A stretch of DNA of 64,000 nucleotides from Perkinsela sp. CCAP 1560/9 (Eukaryota > Protista > Euglenozoa: Kinetoplastea), in contig CBFFSA010000014.1 of the NCBI GenBank assembly GCA_965644495.1, positions 124,001 to 188,000 on the forward strand. The letters are read 5' to 3'. The notes below the pieces were generated by a model. It was not told the DNA's origin, ran no database searches, and saw only the letters and a list, made by a program, of their open reading frames with translations. Positions within the stretch are counted from its first letter, which is position 1. The number at the start of each line of letters is the position of its first letter. Below are positions 56,730-64,000 of the stretch, piece by piece. Position numbers and translations under genes: made by a program.

Positions 56730-56973
56730 TAGACACTTTTCTTTGTTTTCAGTAAAATAGAGATGTTCCCAAAGAAGGGTATGTAAATAGTGATGTTCCC
56801 AAAGAGTTTGAAGATCACGAAAGCCCAAATAATAAGTATCACCGTTCACTTCACATTTACTGTTGCCGCGCTACACGTAAAATTCCGTTGTTTTATTTCA
56901 ATAGTGAATCGCGCAAGAGCAAACTGTGAGGTATGTGAAACTAATTCAATGATACGTCATTAGTTAATCGTAA

Positions 56974-58320
56974 TCAGATTGACACTGCATCTCGAACATT
57001 GGGTACAATTCTCACTGCTCGAAAAGGACTATCTTGCCCCGTAATTCGTGATGTATCGTCTCGAATGCCAAAACCTGCAAATTGAGCTCCCACAATCCAT
57101 GAGCCGATGACAGGATGCATACCTTGTAGCGGTTCTTCTTGCAAAAGCTCCTGAAAGATAACCTGTCGATCGTGAAATTGCCCATTAGAGCTCTCGACCG
57201 GATGAGACACATTTCGCGCAGAGTGCAAGGATACGTTCTCTCCACACCGACCTACAATTGGTTTACGAGCGTATCCACTACGAATGAGTTCAGGTGTGGG
57301 CCTCCATGCGGCGGGAAGCAGATTGGGGTGCCCTGGAAACATTTCCCAGAGGATTACCAAAAGAGCTTTGTTGCTGGTGATAATCTTCCAAAGTGGTTCA
57401 ATAATTTCCATGGCGGGATCGCTCAAAAACATTTCAGAAAGAGAGGGAGCTCCACTCCTTGCACCATTCGTGCTGAGTGAACGAGGTGATTTTATGGCAT
57501 TCTGCAAAATTGTATCCCAGGCCCACATTTTCCATACAATGCGGAGGGGCTCCCCGTCCTCATGGCAGAGTGTAGTATTTGACCCGTTGAGGTTCTTCCA
57601 CCCCAGCGAGGATGTCCCAACACATAATTTCGTGGAAACTCCCGCAAGAGATGCGAGTTCTTGCATGAACGTTGCATTATACACTTCTTCCGGGTCGTCA
57701 TCGACAAGAAAATGCACAGGTTGTGTAGCAGGAATCTTCATACCTCTCCAGGCACGCACGACGGATTCCTGCAACGACGTCCCGGCGTCGGTTCCAACAT
57801 TTCCTATACCCACAGCTTCACTCCACTTACCTTGGACGCGACCACACTCGAACAAGGTTCCCGCGCTGTCGGCGTTGTACTCTAACAGTTTTACGCAGTC
57901 TCGCGTGTGTGGGGTAGCCGAAGAACTCGAACTCACAGGAAAAGAAACCCCGAAATCGAATCTTCCTGTCAGTGTACGACTGCGGTGCTTCTTCCACGAG
58001 TGACGAACGTGGGCCCAGAAAGTACGAGGAATAGCAAAACGATCCAATAGGGTGTCGGATGCAATTACCTTTTCCGTCGCCGATAGACACATGGCGTGTA
58101 GCTCCTCCGATGTACGGGTAATTTGGGTACTCAGGTCAGAACTGACACGGTAATAACCACAGGCTGTCTCCACGGCGCGATTTACTCCTACACCATACGT
58201 CTCGCCAAATATTTGCTCGCTGCGGACCTTGCGGTTGAGGTAGGAAACAGCAGAGGAAGTTTTTGGATGGAAAGGAACGCGCTGCATAAGGATAGCAAAA
58301 ATGTGTTGTGTTTCATTCAC
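56974..58320 (-). CDS. Glutathionylspermidine/trypanothione synthetase, synthetase domain only
   Basis: GRFDF, LLEYNADSAGTLFECG, VWKMWAWD, EPLWKIITSNKALL and KPIVGRCGENV motifs. Confidence 0.9.
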   Translation of the reverse strand: MNETQHIFAILMQRVPFHPKTSSAVSYLNRKVRSEQIFGETYGVGVNRAVETACGYYRVSSDLSTQITRTSEELHAMCLSATEKVIASDTLLDRFAIPRTFWAHVRHSWKKHRSRTLTGRFDFGVSFPVSSSSSATPHTRDCVKLLEYNADSAGTLFECGRVQGKWSEAVGIGNVGTDAGTSLQESVVRAWRGMKIPATQPVHFLVDDDPEEVYNATFMQELASLAGVSTKLCVGTSSLGWKNLNGSNTTLCHEDGEPLRIVWKMWAWDTILQNAIKSPRSLSTNGARSGAPSLSEMFLSDPAMEIIEPLWKIITSNKALLVILWEMFPGHPNLLPAAWRPTPELIRSGYARKPIVGRCGENVSLHSARNVSHPVESSNGQFHDRQVIFQELLQEEPLQGMHPVIGSWIVGAQFAGFGIRDDTSRITGQDSPFRAVRIVPNVRDAVSI

Positions 58321-58567
58321 ACATAACAGAATATCTTCATTAATTTGAAATAACTTTGTAGTAGTAACTGATTAAACAATATGCAAACCTGTCTAACTCA
58401 CATACTGAGCATAATTCTGAAACGCTTCTGAAACCGTGTTTTATTAAATTTAGCCGTTGTTACACTGTAAACGAAGCAATAGTACACCTAAAGGCTCACT
58501 TATCCTGTTTTACACTGTACGACAGCCAACATTGCATCTACGTTTGGGCTATCGTCGACGGGTGACA

Positions 58568-60072
58568 TTACAAGTCCTGAAGCGGCACGACGTGCCCCTT
58601 CTCCCCCGTCGGACGATTGCCACTTTCCCGGGACCCTCCCGGAGATACTTCACGGTTACACACCTCCCTGCAGCCCACTCCTCGGGGGCCACGAGCACCG
58701 CGCGCTCGGCACCCGCACTATCCGCGTACGCAAACCCCTGACGAACCTTTCGTCGGTCCTCTAGAATCAAATCCGCGCATCTCCCTTTTGCTCGAAGCTG
58801 GGTGACCACTTTCACAGCCACCTCCCGCATAGACTCATCAAAGGGAATCACCACATCATGGAGAACCCGGGGAAGGGCTGGGAGCTTTTTCTTCTCTTTC
58901 AGCAGCTCCAGAATCACACAGTCGCCAAACCCGAACCCGCAGGCCGGCATCGGGGTGGGAGCCCCGTAGGTCGTGAGGAGCGCATCGTACCGCCCCCCTC
59001 CACAGATTGCCCGGAACTTCCCGGGGCGATCCACGACCTCAAACACTACTCCAGTGTAATACGCTAGGCCGCGAACCACGGAGGGGTCGAACACAACCCA
59101 GTCACCTAAACCATAGGCCTCAAGTAGCTTAAAAAGCCTCTGTACCTCTGCAATTGTGTTCGTGAGTGTTCCTTTTTCGAGCCCATCGTACCCCGGCTGG
59201 GATTCGATCAGTTGTTGCAGCGCACCCAAATCCGGCAACTCCATCGCCACCAGAAGGGTCTCTATCACCTGCGGGGACAACTCTAACTCCCCCAAACTCG
59301 TGACCATCTCCTCCCTCGTAATCTTATCCCGTTTATCCAACACCACACACACGGAGACGAACCGCTCGTTCGGGACCTCACACGCCTGCAGCAACCCCTG
59401 CAGCACCTGGCGGGAGTTTATCCTCACCACCACCTCGTGCGAGGACAGCTGCAGCCTCGACAAGGCCGCACACAGCGCGGCAATCAAATCCGCCTCCGCG
59501 CCCACCCCCTTAACCCCCAGGATATCCGCATTCCACTGGTAGTGCTCCCTTCGCCTTCCCCGGGTAATATCCTCATGGCGCCAACACTGCGGCAGGCTGA
59601 ACCATTTCGCCGGGAGGCTGAGCGCCGGGCCCTTTCCGAGCACCAGCCGCGCGAGGCTCGGGGTCATCTCCGGACGCAGCGCCACGCGGTGGCCGGACTT
59701 CGTCACGAAGTTGTACATTTGCTTGGTGATCTCCTCCCCCCCTTTGCGGAGGTAGAGCTCCTCGGGCTCCAGCACCGGCGCGTCGTACTCTTGGAAGCCG
59801 AACCCCGCGCTGATCTCACGGAACACAGCGAACAGGTAGCTCCGGGTGCGCATCTCCTCCGGGGGGAAGTCGCGACAGCCCTGGACGGGGTCGGTGGAGA
59901 TGCGGGAGGGGGCGGACTTCTTTTTGCTCTTTTTGGATAACATGCCCGGGGGCGTAGGCGTAGGGGGCGGCTGCGTAGGTAGTGGTGTGGGATCGGTGGT
60001 GTTGTGGTGCAACGAGAGTGCGGCAAAAAGCCGCGACAGTTTGTAATGGGGGTTCACAGAAAAGGAGTTCAT
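58568..60072 (-). CDS. HARS: Histidyl-tRNA synthetase (single-base frameshift near the C-terminus)
   Basis: [36 protein letters not shown] and ICGGGRYD motifs. The -1 frame gives the plausible end [12 protein letters not shown] at 58568. Confidence 0.95.
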
Positions 60073-60239
60073 GCGGGATATTGTGGGGAGAAAAGTGAAG
60101 AGAGGGAGAAGAGGTCTGGAGAAAGGTCTAGAGAAAAAAGGAGAAAATTTCAAGTCAATGAACTGAACGTTTGTCATGAAAAAATGGTGTCACCTCTTAA
60201 TATCTTTCTAATTTCTTACGTTAAACGGCACCGTTCTAG

Positions 60240-60540
60240 CCTTGTTGGATAATTACACGGTGCACAATTGGGCTAAGACAAGCTTTCAAGAGACAGGAAT
60301 TCCTGTTCTTCCTTGGCCAGCAAAATCACATCAGCTTATGTTGGTTGAAAATTTATGGTCCATAGTGGACGACTTCAAAAATGGTTTAGCCCCTCGAAAT
60401 CGTGCAGATTTGATCAGTGCGATCGAAGCAGCTTCAAGATCTTCAAATAATACTTTATGCGGCCTCTGAAAGCGCTATGAAGAGCTTTCGAAAGCGATGC
60501 CGTATTGTGATTGAGAAGACGGCGGTAATTGTAGTTACAA
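60240..60540 (+). mobile_element. Remnant of a D32E Tc1-like transposase C-terminus
   Basis: LDNYTVHN...WPAKS...VENLW. Confidence 0.75.
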
Positions 60541-61177
60541 TTTTTTTTCGATATTTTCTAGTATTTTAGAAACAGTAGTCAACCCGCTAGCTCCTTCTTA
60601 CGTGGAGATGGAGAGCAAAGCGCCTGTAAATACCCTTGCCCGGGCAGAGGCCACGAAGCAGTACGACACTCTCGCAGCAACACGCGGAATGAAACTCTTC
60701 CTGCTAGCCTTCTCGGAAATGAGACTCTTGCATTTCCACGGAAGTGCGGAGGGTACACCTCGGACAGAGACGGCCTTCTCCGCCATGCTATGGCCCTTGA
60801 CATCGCCATATAGCGTGGCAAAGCCCAAATAATTTCGGCCGGATAATAGTGGGAAATGAGTATCTTGTAGAGAGAATTGAATAAAATTCATCTACATATT
60901 ACATCTACATGGAAGTGCCTATTTATACACTGTATTTTCACTGTTTTAGTTCACTTTTTTTTCAATACTCGAGAGTAGCGCGGTAGATATGCAATCATCA
61001 CAATGTACACCACCACAATACAATAGCAATGTATAGCAATATTAGGAGTGACAAGAGGGCTCGTTTTAGAAGATAACCAATGAATATTCCTGCCTCCCTC
61101 GGAAGATTACTACCACCGCCATAAGAGTGACTGACTTATTAAGTGGAGGGCACAGTACATTATTTTAATGAGATGGC

Positions 61178-62143
61178 CTACGTTTTCATGCGTGCTCCAC
61201 GTTGTAAAGTTTGTCTAATTTCTTCGTTTAACTTGTCATAGGTGTATAGACGATTGTGTATGGGCACGCAAGAGGCACCCCCACTCAGAGGCCATTCACT
61301 TTCAATGATTTGCAGTAAGTACTTCAATGTACACTGGTCCCTTGATGACCGACAGTATCGCTCCGCGTATGTCTTATTCGAATCGGTCTCACTAATAGGC
61401 TCTGTACTTTTACCAAGAGTTGATTCAGCAGGGCCTGACTCTTTTTTAAGAAAGGGAAGATCGGTGTCTTTTCTGAGACGAAACTCAAAGGGTTGATGCA
61501 AGTGCATGCGGGCGGCGGCCAGAGCAGGTTCTAAAAGGTGCCGCGGAATCGTACGAGAAAGAAATGTTCGCTTTCGAGGATCTATGCGGCCCTGTGACTC
61601 GTAGAGCGCTTCTACCACTTGGTACTCCCCAAGTCGTTTTGAAAGTTGTGCGTACTGCTGGTGATATAACTTGGCTAGTGGCCAAAAGGCTTCCTTATTC
61701 CACTTACATGTCGAGTGAAGTAGTGTGTTGCTTTTCTGGGCGTGCACTTCATTCGAGGTTTTTTGTTGACCGGAAATGGGCTTGTACTCGTTCGGATCCC
61801 AATAATGCCCCCCTCCCCTGCCTAACTCAGGCTCTGTTCCTGCCAAGGATTTACTATCCGGCCGTTTTCGCATAATTTGAACAATAGTGTAAGCGGCGTC
61901 ATGCACTTCTTGTAGGTACGCCTCCACAGTAGCTAAGCTAAGGGTTTTGCATGCGGCCTGTTGAGAAGGTACCGTGCTTTCGTTGCACTTGTCTGCTCTG
62001 CAATAGTTGTATCGCGAAGTGGAAAAATCTCGAACATTTTTGAATAATAAGGTGCCGAATCCCGGTGGCACTAGCAGGAGTAAAGTACGTTTGTAACAGG
62101 ACTGAAGCGATTGCGTAACACGTACTTGGCAAGACAAGCGCAT
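61178..62143 (-). CDS. Hypothetical protein
   Basis: 321-aa ATG ORF co-oriented with the cluster; no recognised motif. Confidence 0.65.
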   Translation of the reverse strand: MRLSCQVRVTQSLQSCYKRTLLLLVPPGFGTLLFKNVRDFSTSRYNYCRADKCNESTVPSQQAACKTLSLATVEAYLQEVHDAAYTIVQIMRKRPDSKSLAGTEPELGRGGGHYWDPNEYKPISGQQKTSNEVHAQKSNTLLHSTCKWNKEAFWPLAKLYHQQYAQLSKRLGEYQVVEALYESQGRIDPRKRTFLSRTIPRHLLEPALAAARMHLHQPFEFRLRKDTDLPFLKKESGPAESTLGKSTEPISETDSNKTYAERYCRSSRDQCTLKYLLQIIESEWPLSGGASCVPIHNRLYTYDKLNEEIRQTLQRGARMKT

Positions 62144-62634
62144 GGTAAAAAAGTTTCAACGAAACGGTGAAGAAACACGTGTAAATTTATGCATGAAAGT
62201 GATACGTGATGTGTGCATGCATATTCACCCAAAACTCAGCCCTGTTTTAAAACGGTTTTAGACAGTTCTAAAAGTCTTAAAAAATGTTTAAGGTGTATAA
62301 GTTTATACACCTTCTTGGCGTTCAGAATTTTGAAATGCACACATTAACATTACTTTTAGTAAATTTTTCAAGGAGTTTTCTTTTCAGAAAAAAATTTAGC
62401 ATAAACATTTTTTGATGAATGCAGTCGAAAGCATTCTTTTGATTTATGCGAAGCGTTCTTTTGATTTATGTACACACATACTGTACCCCCGTAGTTAGCA
62501 CACACGTCACCCCCCCTAGTTATCTGTGACTTTTTAAAAATAGTAGTTTTAATAATTAAAGTTAAATAGTATAGAGTAAAGCAATTGCAAGAAAAAGAAC
62601 TCTTTTTCACGTTTTCTGACCCTTTTGAAAAATC

Positions 62635-63278
62635 ATGGATCACGCAGAAGGAGAGGAAGATCTAAAAGAGTGTCTCAAGCTTGTTGAACCTGTTCCGGTA
62701 TCTCACGGAGATTTGTTTGACATCTTTGCAGCTTCGACGAAACGAGTATACGTGAAGCGCAAAGATGTATTTACTAGACCTTGTTTGACGATCAGTGAGG
62801 AAGAATTAAATTCCAAAATTGAGGGCATTACGGATCGTGTGGGGCGATCCTTAGACACTTTTCTGCACGGGAAACGAATCCTGTGTGGCGTGTCCGTGAC
62901 GCCAAAAAAGAGCGAAAAGCGCTACACCTCATCGATCGTCGTGGTCATCTTATTCTAGATGAACGTCCTCGAGCCGTGTACTTTCTCGTGGAAGCAGCTC
63001 AGGACCTTGAAAAACATCTTTCAGAGAATCCTCTGTACGCCCCAGTTCGAGCAAGTGAGGTTCAAGACTTCGTTCTGAGCTTTTGGCGCACATACACGGG
63101 AAATCGCTCTCTCGCATGCGCACAATGGCGAAAGAGTCGTTCTAGTGGCGTTGCGGAAAGTGAGTGTGCTCAGCAGGACGAAGACGCTCCCCAATCCTCC
63201 CCAGTAGCTCCATCCCGTAAACGTCGTAATATTGTGTTCCCGTGTGGGATGCTAATCCCCAAGTGGGACGTACTATAA
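62635..63278 (+). pseudogene. Two overlapping ORFs joinable by a -1 shift, downstream of a TA|CTGT terminus at 62481
   Basis: A AAA AAG at 62904-62910 lies in the overlap; probably TE-derived. Confidence 0.35.
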
Positions 63279-63486
63279 AACGTAGTCGAGTTTTTTTCTG
63301 TAAAACATGATAAAAAACGTTTACAAATGCCCCATTTATAAATATATTTTCGCAGGATTACGTTGAGATGTACTTTTAATGTGAAGACATTACAACCTAT
63401 CATGTAAGCAAGTAAACATAATGTTGGATAAACACGTACATTTCAAATAATCCTAGCCGTAAATTTCAAAGCAAAATTATCGCACT

Positions 63487-64000
63487 ATGACTGATCTGCC
63501 CTCTCTGCTTTCGCTCTCTCGCCTCGGAAAGTTCGTAGCTGAGTGTAAGGCCGGGGACATAATAGCGGTGGCCTGGTCCTCAGATAAGGTTCCCCGCGGA
63601 GAATTGTGGAAAGGGACAGTGAAAACGGTCGGAGACGAGAAGACTACCATGTCCGTAGATTATGGGAAATTCGGAGATCTCGCTTTCCCCCTACCAACGC
63701 AAGTGTCCACGCTGTTGACAAGCTTCCCGGAGATTCGTACTCCGCTGCGATGGAGAGAGTGGGAGGGCGCGAGACGGGCACATTTGAACCGTTGGAACTG
63801 ACGACCTATGGGATGTTCCTTGATTGCCCCCCCCGAAGCGCGTGATCGAAGTTTTGTGGAGCTAGATTTGCATCTGCGCCGCTATTTTGGTATCGGTGCA
63901 GCGGAACGGAATGCCCCGCGGTTCCATCAAGACGAACATAGAAAAAATGATCTCCTACTGGCTTTCCTCGCGTGGTCGCGAAATTCTATGAAAATGGGGA
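63487..64000 (+). pseudogene. Broken ORF with Tudor/SH3-like N-terminus, possibly ORF1 of a TATE-like element
   Basis: IAVAW...WKGTV...VDY..FG...FP pattern; frameshifted; antisense to the cluster. Confidence 0.3.

Overview
Eukaryotic, almost certainly kinetoplastid DNA; the gene set and LRR family suggest a Perkinsela-like prokinetoplastid (inference). About 23 intronless host genes lie on the minus strand as one directional (polycistronic-type) cluster. They include a J-like protein, a Nopp140/GAR nucleolar protein, Derlin, a kinetoplast-type DNA ligase, SPO11, a COX5b-like protein, two methyltransferases, a degenerate PIF1-family helicase, a PGES2/GST, an amidase-less glutathionylspermidine/trypanothione synthetase, HisRS and nine LRR paralogues. 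Intergenic DNA is dense with mobile elements: Tc1-like elements (three with a D32E catalytic spacing), Merlin elements with 8-bp TSDs, pogo/Tc2-like and Sola2-like MITEs, a hAT-like relic, CRE, TATE-like and possibly Penelope relics, and a HERO-like non-LTR retrotransposon. The most striking observation is an identical 26-nt spliced-leader 3' segment (AAAGATACAGTTTCTGTACCTTGTTG) forming the 5' end of two unrelated retroelements. One is a ~650-nt non-coding, highly structured SINE-like element with covarying stems and a variable 76-nt three-way-junction tandem array. The other is a LINE carrying four Mer3/HFM1-type zinc fingers. A second window-wide signal is that most conserved genes sit in GC islands whose GC skew flips from C-rich to G-rich (plus strand) near the island centre, strongly biasing amino-acid composition. 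All calls were made by eye; no searches were run.
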